Source: Methylorubrum extorquens (GTDB lineage Bacteria; Pseudomonadota; Alphaproteobacteria; Rhizobiales; Beijerinckiaceae). Taken from it: 32,000 nucleotides of DNA. Below are positions 23,256-30,222 of this stretch, piece after piece. Below the pieces are notes generated by a model. That model worked only from the letters and a program-made list of their open reading frames with translations. It had not been told where the DNA came from and searched no databases. The DNA is taken from the NCBI GenBank assembly GCA_900234795.1, contig LT962688.1, positions 1,260,001-1,292,000 on the forward strand. The letters run 5' to 3'. The position numbers and the translations under genes were made by a program. Numbering within the stretch: the first letter of the stretch is position 1; each line of letters starts with the position of its first letter.

Positions 23256-24158
23256 TCAGGCCCGCTGCAGCCGGGTCGCTTCCGTCGGCGAGCGCCCGAT
23301 CATCTTGCGGAAGGTCCGCCCCATCCGCCGCGCATCGGGAAAGCCCGCGCGCAGGGCCGCCTCGCTCAAGGAGACCGTGCCGGAGCGGATCAGCGACTGC
23401 GCCAGCGTCACGCGTTCGCGCAACACATATTGATAGGGCGTCACGCCGAAGGTGCCCTTGAAGGCACGTACGAAATAGCCCTCGCTGAGGCCCGCCACCG
23501 CCGCCATCTCCCCGAGCGACAGGGGCGCATCGATCCGCTCGGCGACGAGGTCGCGCACCCGCCGCGCCTGCCGGGCGGTGAGCGCCGCGCTCTTGCGGGA
23601 GGGCGGGCTCGACAGGGCGCCGGAGGCGCGCAGCACCGCGAGCGCCACGCTGTCGACCAGAAGCGCGTCCGCGGCGCTGTCGTGGCCGCTGGCCGCCTGC
23701 CCCAGGGCGGCCAGGAGGTGGGAGACGGTCATCCGCTCGGTGAGATCGCAGGTGATCGAATCGATCCGGAGATGCGAGAGCGGCGCCTCGATCATCCGCT
23801 CCACCGCGGCGGGCATGAAGGCGAGATAGCGCCCGCGGCATGGCCCGCTCCAGAGCGTGCGGCCGGCATAGCCGGGCCCGCGCAGGACGAAGGCCTCCCC
23901 GGTGCGCTCGTCGCAGGGCTCATTGCCGGTCGGGCCGTCGCTGAAGGTGAGCGTGGTCCGGCTCAGGCCGTACCAGCCGCCGTGCCACGTGCCGACGAGA
24001 AGGCCACCGACCCGGTGCGTGCTGAAACCCGCCGTCTCGTAGGCGAAATCGAGGAAGGCGATGCCGTCGAGGCCGCTGGCGGGGATCTGGCCGAAAATTC
24101 GGTCCGGCGGGGCGCTGAGATCGCCCTGCACCGAGGCGTTGACGAACGGAACGCTCAT
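23256..24158 (-). CDS. AraC-family transcriptional regulator
   Basis: 300 aa. The C-terminal double HTH reads LSLGEMAAVAGLSEGYFVRAFKGTFGVTPYQYVLRERVTLAQSLI...SLSEAALRAGFPDARRMGRTFRKMIGRSP. I do not recognise the N-terminal ligand/dimerisation domain. Confidence 0.85.
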   Translation of the reverse strand: MSVPFVNASVQGDLSAPPDRIFGQIPASGLDGIAFLDFAYETAGFSTHRVGGLLVGTWHGGWYGLSRTTLTFSDGPTGNEPCDERTGEAFVLRGPGYAGRTLWSGPCRGRYLAFMPAAVERMIEAPLSHLRIDSITCDLTERMTVSHLLAALGQAASGHDSAADALLVDSVALAVLRASGALSSPPSRKSAALTARQARRVRDLVAERIDAPLSLGEMAAVAGLSEGYFVRAFKGTFGVTPYQYVLRERVTLAQSLIRSGTVSLSEAALRAGFPDARRMGRTFRKMIGRSPTEATRLQRA

Positions 24159-24209
24159 CGGCCGCGTCGTTCTCCCTCTCGCTGACGCGCCTCCGGGGCG
24201 CGCTTCGAA

Positions 24210-24234
24210 TTCTTGTTGCCGTGTTCTTGTTGCC
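24210..24234. promoter_or_regulatory. Exact 11-nt direct repeat upstream of the AraC-family gene (candidate operator)
   Basis: TTCTTGTTGCC (24210-24220), GTG, TTCTTGTTGCC (24224-24234). It lies 52-76 nt upstream of the araC-family ATG (24158) and downstream of the peptide-gene terminator. Confidence 0.4.
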
Positions 24235-24448
24235 TGGGCGGTCTTCGCCGCCCTTTGGCCGCCAATTGACGGCCTTGCGCCGGAGCCGAGGCGACGGCGC
24301 CGTCACGGCGACGCTTCGATCCGAACGGATGAGAACGACCCGCCTACGCGGTCGTTCCCTCTGCTGTTCCCTCGGCCCGCGGGGTCGATCGTGCCGGCGG
24401 CGGAGGCGCCCGTCGAGGGCGCCCCCGGCCGTCGCGTCCCGCACGAGG

Positions 24449-24483
24449 CCCACGGAAGCGGTGGGGGCGGCCGCTTCCGTGGG
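24449..24483 (-). terminator. GC-rich hairpin downstream of the peptide gene
   Basis: CCCACGGAAGCGG (24449-24461) pairs perfectly with CCGCTTCCGTGGG (24471-24483), loop 9 nt. It lies 22 nt past the TAA stop (24505-24507, minus strand). No U-tract. Confidence 0.5.
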
Positions 24484-24504
24484 AGGACGTGTCAGGAAAT
24501 CGGA

Positions 24505-24717
24505 TTACTTCCCGAGCAGGCCGCCGAGCAGGCCGCCCACCGCGCCGAGCACGGTGTCGAGCGTGCCGCCGACGAGGCCGCCGACTTGATCGACGACACC
24601 GGACACGGCCCCGAGTTCGCTGCTGAGATCGAGATCGAGGCCGAGAGACAGACCGCCGCCGACCTGATCCAGCTCCGCAGCGTTCAGCTCGCGGACCGTA
24701 TCAATGTTCTGCTGCAT
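24505..24717 (-). CDS. Double-glycine-leader secreted peptide precursor (bacteriocin/microcin-like), 70 aa
   Basis: MQQNIDTVRELNAAELDQVGGG|LSLGLDLDLSSELGAVSGVVDQVGGLVGGTLDTVLGAVGGLLGGLLGK. The leader fits the consensus L(-12)xxxE(-8)L(-7)xxV(-4)xGG, with V at -15. AAGGAG lies 6 nt before the ATG. It has its own terminator hairpin and is divergent from a C39-ABC exporter operon 476 nt away. Confidence 0.75.
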   Translation of the reverse strand: MQQNIDTVRELNAAELDQVGGGLSLGLDLDLSSELGAVSGVVDQVGGLVGGTLDTVLGAVGGLLGGLLGK

Positions 24718-25193
24718 GGTTTTCTCCTTTGTCCGAATGGTACTGGAAGAACGTTCTGTATTTCTGTCTTCCTGTGGAATAAGAGCGCCGGTGTGCGTCG
24801 CTCTGCTGGATAAGGTACGGATATTATTCCGGCAGGCAACCCGGGCTGCGTTATACGGTCCGGGGTGATCGGCTCAGGACCTCTCGGATGGACAGATCTT
24901 GCTCTCTCACAGCACGACCAACGGTCGTATCCGGACTCCGCGCGCCGCCCCCGGCCCTACGCGTGCGCCGCTCCCCTTCCCTTCGGCCGACCCGCGCGAT
25001 CGACCCTCGCGGGACGGCTGTGGCGGGACGGGCCGCCGCCCGCGCGGGGGACAAAAATTGACGTGCCGGCCGGGGAGCGGGCCGCTCGGGCCGCCATCAC
25101 CGCTAAGAAACTGAAGCTGTTGCGGATTACGGCCTGCATGCGTCAGAACAACGCACCTGATCGTTCGGTCCCTACCCCGGAGGAGGCTTCCCG

Positions 25194-26483
25194 GTGAACG
25201 CGCCCCTGTTCCGTCGCGAGGTCGTGGAGGCACGGCGAAGCGCCTGGCTCGGCGAGGCCCAGGTGATCCAGCCCCTGGCGATCCGCGTCGTGGTCGGCCT
25301 GTGCCTCGCCTTCGCCGTCCTCGTTGGCGTCTACGCCTGGCTCGGCAGCTACACCCGCCGGGTCCATGCCGACGGCCTGCTCGCGCCCGATATCGGCCTC
25401 ATCACCGTGGCGAGCCCGCTGGCGGGGCGGGTCAGCGCGTCGGGCGCCAAGGAGGGGGACCGGGTCGAGCGCGGCCAGCTCCTCTTCACCATCGACCTCG
25501 ACGCGGTCTCGGCGAGCGGCCCGACCCAGGAGCGGGTGATCGCCCAGCTCGGCCGTCAGCGCGAGAGCGTGGAGCGCCAGCGCGCCGCCCGCGCGGCCAT
25601 GGCCACCGCCGAGAAAGAGGGCTTGAGGGAGCAGGTCGCCAACCTGGAGGCGCAGCGCGCCAGGATCGAGGAGCAGCTCGCACTCCAGGAAAAGCTGGTG
25701 CCGCCGCTCAAATCCCGCGCCGACGAACTCGCCGACCTCGTGACGCGGGGTTTTGCCCGCGCGGCCGACTTCCAGAGCCAGAACTACCTCTATCTCCAGG
25801 CCAGCTCGCAACTCGCGCAGTTCCGCCAGGGCGGGCTTCAAGTCGAGGGCAAGCTCGGCGATCTGCGCGCCAAACTCGCCACCTTCGATGAGACCCTGGC
25901 GCGGGATCTCGCCGAACTCGACCGCACCGCCGCGCAGCTCGAACAGCAGCGGGCCGAGAGCGAGGCGCGCCGCGCCATCGAGGTGCGCGCGCCGGAGCGC
26001 GGCATCCTCACCTCGATCCGGGCGCAGGCCGGGCAGACCGTGGCGGCGGGGGCAAACCTGCTCACCCTGCTGCCGAGCGAGGGCCGGCTGCAGGCCAACC
26101 TGTTCGTCGATTCCTCGGCGATCGGCTTCATCGAGCCCGGCGCCAGCGTGATGCTGCGCTACGCCGCCTTCCCGTTCCAGCGCTTCGGCCTGCACCGGGG
26201 CACGGTGACGGAGGTGACCCGCGCGCCGCTCGAAGGCGACGCCCGGCCCGAGGCGGCGCGGGACACGGCCAAAAATGCGGGGAACGGGGGCGTCTACCGC
26301 ATCATCGTGCGGCCGGATGCCGACAGCGTGACGGCCTATGGCGAGCAACGCCGGCTGGAGGCCGGAATGCGGGTCGAGGCCGACATCGCGCTCGAGAAGC
26401 GCCCGCTCTACCGCTGGCTCCTCGACCCCCTCTACCACGTCAAGCGCAGCGTCGATCTCGTCACCGAAGGAGGGACACGTTGA
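25194..26483 (+). CDS. HlyD-family membrane fusion protein (CvaA-like bacteriocin secretion adaptor)
   Basis: 429 aa. The GTG start is preceded by GGAGGAGG (7 nt). The N-terminus MNAPLFRREVVEARRSAWLGEAQVIQP is followed by one TM, a long coiled-coil region, and a C-terminal beta domain (YRIIVRPD...AGMRVEADIALEKRPLYRWLLDPL), as in CvaA/HlyD proteins. Confidence 0.85.
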   Translation: MNAPLFRREVVEARRSAWLGEAQVIQPLAIRVVVGLCLAFAVLVGVYAWLGSYTRRVHADGLLAPDIGLITVASPLAGRVSASGAKEGDRVERGQLLFTIDLDAVSASGPTQERVIAQLGRQRESVERQRAARAAMATAEKEGLREQVANLEAQRARIEEQLALQEKLVPPLKSRADELADLVTRGFARAADFQSQNYLYLQASSQLAQFRQGGLQVEGKLGDLRAKLATFDETLARDLAELDRTAAQLEQQRAESEARRAIEVRAPERGILTSIRAQAGQTVAAGANLLTLLPSEGRLQANLFVDSSAIGFIEPGASVMLRYAAFPFQRFGLHRGTVTEVTRAPLEGDARPEAARDTAKNAGNGGVYRIIVRPDADSVTAYGEQRRLEAGMRVEADIALEKRPLYRWLLDPLYHVKRSVDLVTEGGTR

Positions 26484-28651
26484 GCCTGCTGTCGGATCTT
26501 CAGTTCGGTTTCCGGCGGCGCCTGCCGGTCGTGCTCCAGGCGGAGGCCGCCGAGTGCGGCATGGCCTGCCTCGCCATGGTGCTGGGCTACCATGGCCGCC
26601 GGGTCGATCTCGGAAGCTTGCGCGCGCGCCACGCCCTCTCGCTGAAGGGCATGACGCTGCGAAACCTCATGGACCTCTCCGGCACCCTGGGGCTCTCGAC
26701 GCGGGCGCTGCGGGTGGAACTGCCCGATCTCGGCCGCCTGCGCCTGCCCTGCATCCTGCATTGGGGGCTCAACCACTTCGTCGTGCTGGCGCGGGTCGGA
26801 CGCCGGGAGATCGTGATCCACGATCCCGCCCGCGGGCGCCGCACCTTGAGCCTCGCGGAAGCCTCGCGCGAATTCACCGGCGTCGCCCTGGAGGTGGCGC
26901 CGAACCAGAGCTTCGTGCGCGAGCGGGCGGCGCGCGGCCTCGCACTCTCCGACCTGTTCCGGGGCATGGCCGGCATCCGCGCGGCGATGATGCAGATCCT
27001 GGCCCTGTCACTCGGAATCGAACTCGTCGCGATCCTGATGCCGATCGCCTCGCAGATCGTCATCGACGAGGTCATCGTGAACGGCGATCTCGACCTGCTG
27101 CTCGTCGTGGCGCTCGGCCTCGCCCTTCTGCTGGTGCTGCAACTCGGCCTCGGCGTCGCCCGGAGTTGGGCGATCATGCTCACGGGCACGAAGCTGAACT
27201 ACCAGTGGTCCGGCTCGCTGTTCGACCACCTCTCCCGGCTGCCGCTCGACTATTTCCAGAAGCGGCATGTGGGCGACGTGATCTCGCGCTTCGGCACCCT
27301 CGCGACGATCCAGAAGGGCATCACCACCGACCTCGTCCAGGCCCTGCTCGACGGGCTGATGTCGGTCGGCATGCTGATCATGCTGTTCCTCTACGGCGGC
27401 TGGCTCGCCCTGGTGGCCATCGCCGCCACCGCGCTCAACGCCGGCTTACGGATCGCCGCCTACAAGGCCTATCGCGAGGGCACCGAGGAGGCGATCGTCG
27501 CGGAGGCGCGCCAGCAGAGCCACTTCATCGAGACCGTGCGCGGCATGGCGAGCGTCAAGCTCCTGAACCTGCGCGAGCGCCGCCGCGGCACCTGGATGAA
27601 CCAGTTCGTCCAGGCGCTGAACGCCCGGCTGCGGCTGCAGCGGCTCGACCTCGTGTTCGGGCGCGGCAACGAGTTCCTGTTCGGCGCCGACCGGCTGATC
27701 CTGCTGGTGCTCGGTGCCCGCGCCGTGATCGACCAGTCGATGACGCTCGGCATGCTGGTCGCCTTCCTCGCCTATCGCGACCAGTTCTCGACCCGCATCG
27801 GCAACCTGATCCAGTCGGGCTTCCAGCTGCGGATGCTCAACGTGCAGACCGACCGCCTCTCGGACATCGTCATGACCGAGCCGGAGGAGGCCGCAGCCCC
27901 CATGCCCGCCGCGGCGGCGCCGATCGCGGCCCCCGCCCTCCTTCCCTCCGGCGAGCGTCCGCCGGTGCGTGGCGCGGGCTTGCGCGCCGTCGGCCTGTCC
28001 CTGCGCTACGGCGACGACGAGCCCTGGGTGTTCCGCAATCTCGGCCTGGCGGTGCCGCCGGGCGAAAGCCTCGCCATCGCCGGCCCCTCGGGCTGCGGCA
28101 AGAGTTCGGTGATGAAGATCCTGATGGGTCTGCTGCCGCCCTCCGAAGGCGCGGTGCTGGTCGATGGCCGCGACATCCGCTCCGGAGGGTTGGCGGCCTA
28201 CCGCGCCCGCATCGCCGGGGTGATGCAGGATGACGGGTTGTTCGCCGGCTCGATCGCCGAGAACATCGCCTGTTTCGACGAGCGGCCCGATCCCGGCTGG
28301 ATCCGCGAATGCGCCGCCCGCGCGGCGATCCTCGACGACATCACCCGCACGCCGATGGGCTTCGAGACCCTGGTCGGCGACATGGGTTCGACCCTCTCGG
28401 GCGGCCAGCGCCAGCGGGTGATCCTCGCCCGCGCCCTCTACCGGCGACCGGAGATTCTGTTTCTAGATGAGGCGACGAGCGCGCTGGACGAGCCGACCGA
28501 GGCGGTCATCGCCGCCGCGCTGCGCGACCTGAAGATGACGCGGGTCATCGTCGCCCACCGTCCGGCGACCGTGGCCCATGCCGACCTGCGCTACGATTTT
28601 TCCGCGGAGGCACCGCGGGTCGAGCCTCAGGCGACGGAGACCGCCGGTTGA
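26480..28651 (+). CDS. Peptidase-C39-containing ABC transporter (PCAT; CvaB/LagD/ComA-like)
   Basis: 723 aa. The TTG start overlaps the hlyD-like stop (TTGA). The C39 domain has Gln/Cys (LQAEAAECGMACLAMVLGYHG), His (GLNHFVVL) and Asp (VIHDPARG). It is followed by a 6-TM domain and an NBD with Walker A GPSGCGKSS, signature LSGGQRQRV and Walker B ILFLDEATSALD. The catalytic Cys precedes the first ATG, so a non-ATG start is required. Confidence 0.9.
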   Translation: MSLLSDLQFGFRRRLPVVLQAEAAECGMACLAMVLGYHGRRVDLGSLRARHALSLKGMTLRNLMDLSGTLGLSTRALRVELPDLGRLRLPCILHWGLNHFVVLARVGRREIVIHDPARGRRTLSLAEASREFTGVALEVAPNQSFVRERAARGLALSDLFRGMAGIRAAMMQILALSLGIELVAILMPIASQIVIDEVIVNGDLDLLLVVALGLALLLVLQLGLGVARSWAIMLTGTKLNYQWSGSLFDHLSRLPLDYFQKRHVGDVISRFGTLATIQKGITTDLVQALLDGLMSVGMLIMLFLYGGWLALVAIAATALNAGLRIAAYKAYREGTEEAIVAEARQQSHFIETVRGMASVKLLNLRERRRGTWMNQFVQALNARLRLQRLDLVFGRGNEFLFGADRLILLVLGARAVIDQSMTLGMLVAFLAYRDQFSTRIGNLIQSGFQLRMLNVQTDRLSDIVMTEPEEAAAPMPAAAAPIAAPALLPSGERPPVRGAGLRAVGLSLRYGDDEPWVFRNLGLAVPPGESLAIAGPSGCGKSSVMKILMGLLPPSEGAVLVDGRDIRSGGLAAYRARIAGVMQDDGLFAGSIAENIACFDERPDPGWIRECAARAAILDDITRTPMGFETLVGDMGSTLSGGQRQRVILARALYRRPEILFLDEATSALDEPTEAVIAAALRDLKMTRVIVAHRPATVAHADLRYDFSAEAPRVEPQATETAG

Positions 28652-28661
28652 GAGGGCTTTG

Positions 28662-28699
28662 CCAGGGTGATCGCTTAAAAGCGATCGCCCTGGTTTTTT
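28662..28699 (+). terminator. Rho-independent terminator of the exporter operon
   Basis: CCAGGGTGATCGCTT (28662-28676) pairs with AAGCGATCGCCCTGG (28679-28693) with one G-U pair and is followed by TTTTTT (28694-28699). It starts 11 nt after the stop. Confidence 0.8.
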
Positions 28700-28757
28700 G
28701 CTTGCCTCAGTCACCGGCGCCCGCCTCCGCGGGCTCAGGCTTTCGCTCCGCTCGACG

Positions 28758-28832
28758 CCTTTCAGGACTGAGGTCCTGAAAGGCCCGCTGCGCGCGGCGC
28801 TCTTCGCGCCGCGAAGCCGCTCAGGCGGCTTC
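28758..28832. repeat. Three consecutive GC-rich hairpins (REP-like cluster or small RNA)
   Basis: First: CCTTTCAGGAC-TGAG-GTCCTGAAAGG (28758-28783, 11 bp perfect). Second: GCGGCGC-TCTTC-GCGCCGC (28794-28812). Third: GAAGCCGC-TCAG-GCGGCTTC (28813-28832). The region is intergenic, between the exporter terminator and ridA. Confidence 0.6.
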
Positions 28833-28923
28833 GACCGATTGCGCTGATGGCTTCCGCCCTTCCCCCTTGCGAGTCGCCCCTTCCCCATGCTCAGACCCCC
28901 GCAGCATCATGCGGGAGACGGCG

Positions 28924-29397
28924 ATGAACTCGGTCAAGGAACGTCTGGAAGCGCTCGGCCTGAAGCTGCCGAAGGCGGCGGCCCCGGTCGCGAACTACGT
29001 GCCCTATATCCGCACCGGCAACCTCGTCGTCATCTCCGGCCAAATCTGCTTCGGGCCGGACGGCACCCTCGACCCGGCGCATAAGGGCAAGCTCGGCGCC
29101 GAGGTCTCGGCCGAACAGGGCATCGCGGCGGCCCGGCTCTGCGCGCTCAACGTGCTGGCCCAGGTCCAGGCGGCGGTGGGCGACCTCGACCACGGCGTCG
29201 TGCAATGCGTGCGGCTCGGCGGCTTCATCAACGCGGTGCCGAGCTTTGCCGGTCTCGCCCCGATCATGAACGGCGCCTCCGACCTGATGGTCGCGATCCT
29301 CGGCGATCGTGGTCGCCATGCCCGCTCGACCGTGGGTGTCGCCGAACTGCCCCTCGACGCGGCGGTCGAGGTCGAGGCGATGTTCGAGGTCGCGTGA
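28924..29397 (+). CDS. RidA/YjgF-family protein
   Basis: The internal ATG 28924 of ORF 28867-29397 has GGGAGA upstream and gives 157 aa: MNSVKERLEALGLKLPKAAAPVANYVPYIRTGNLVVISGQ...RHARSTVGVAELPLDAAVEVEAMFEV, typical of the YjgF/RidA fold family. Confidence 0.85.
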   Translation: MNSVKERLEALGLKLPKAAAPVANYVPYIRTGNLVVISGQICFGPDGTLDPAHKGKLGAEVSAEQGIAAARLCALNVLAQVQAAVGDLDHGVVQCVRLGGFINAVPSFAGLAPIMNGASDLMVAILGDRGRHARSTVGVAELPLDAAVEVEAMFEVA

Positions 29398-30157
29398 GCG
29401 CGACCCTGGACCGGGCGCCGGACTGGCTCATTGCCCGTCCGATCGCCCATCGCGGCCTGCACGACCGCGCCGCCGGCATCCCGGAGAACACCCTGGCCGC
29501 AGCCGAGGCGGCGGTGGCGGGCGGCTACGCCATCGAGTGCGACGTGCAGCTCAGCGCCGACGGCGAGGCGATGGTGTTCCACGACGAGGCGCTCGGGCGT
29601 CTCACCGAGGCATCCGAGCCGGTGGAATCGCGAACGGCGGCCGAACTCGGCACGCTGACCGTGGCCGGCACGGGGGAGCGCATCCCGACGCTGCCGGACT
29701 TCCTGACGCGGGTCGCGGGCCGCGTCCCCGTCATCGTCGAGATCAAGTCGCGCTTCGACGGCGACCGGCGGCTCACCCGCCGCGCCGCCGAGATCGTCGC
29801 CGGGCTCGACGCCCCGGTGGCGCTGAAGTCGTTCGATCCGGGCATCGTCGCGACGCTGGCCGAAATCGTACCGGGCCTGCCCCCGCGGCATCGTCGCCGA
29901 GGCGAGCCAGGACGATCCGCATTACGCCCTGCTGGCACCCTCGGCGCGGGCCGAATTGTCGGGCCTGCTCCACCTCCATGTGAGCCGGCCGCATTTCCTG
30001 TCCTGGCGCGTCGGCGACCTGCCGGGCCCGGTGCCCTATCTCTTGCCGCCGGCTCGGGAACATGCCGGTGATGACCTGGACCGTGCGCACCGAGGCGCAG
30101 CGGGCGCTGGCCCGCGAGCACGCGGACCAGATGATCTTCGAGGGTTTTCGCCCGTAA
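29394..30157 (+). pseudogene. Glycerophosphodiester phosphodiesterase (GDPD/UgpQ-like), two frameshifts
   Basis: GTG 29394 overlaps the ridA stop (GTGA). Frame 1: PIAHRGLHDRAAGIPENTLAAAEAAV..AIECDVQLSADGEAMVFHDEALGRLT...VALKSFDPGIVATLAEIVPGLP. Frame 2: RGIVAEASQDDPHYALL...HFLSWRVGDLPGPVPYL. Frame 3: RRLGNMPVMTWTVRTEAQRALAREHADQMIFEGFRP*, with the stop at 30155-30157. The breaks are at the C5 run 29880-29884 and within 30041-30052. Its length of 764 nt is 3n+2. Confidence 0.8.
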
Positions 30158-30185
30158 CGGGTTCCCGAAGGCCAAGCCCATCGGC

Positions 30186-30214
30186 GGGTCCAGGGCAGAG
30201 CCCTGGAAAAGCGG
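30186..30214. repeat. REP-like palindromic element, copy 2
   Basis: GGGTCCAGGGCAGAGCCCTGGAAAAGCGG. The first 22 nt are identical to 13593-13614. It again lies between convergent stops (GDPD 30157 on +, MCP 30223 on -). Confidence 0.75.
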
Positions 30215-30222
30215 TTCCCGCC

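Noticed and set aside
23920-24453. 177-aa minus-strand ORF considered as a possible immunity protein downstream of the peptide gene
   Set aside because: It is extremely Arg-rich with no hydrophobic segment, it overlaps the 5' end of the AraC-family gene out of frame, and it spans the terminator hairpin.
25056-25090. TTGACG -35-like hexamer upstream of the hlyD-like gene
   Set aside because: No acceptable -10 hexamer is found at 16-19 nt spacing, so I cannot support a promoter call from sequence alone.
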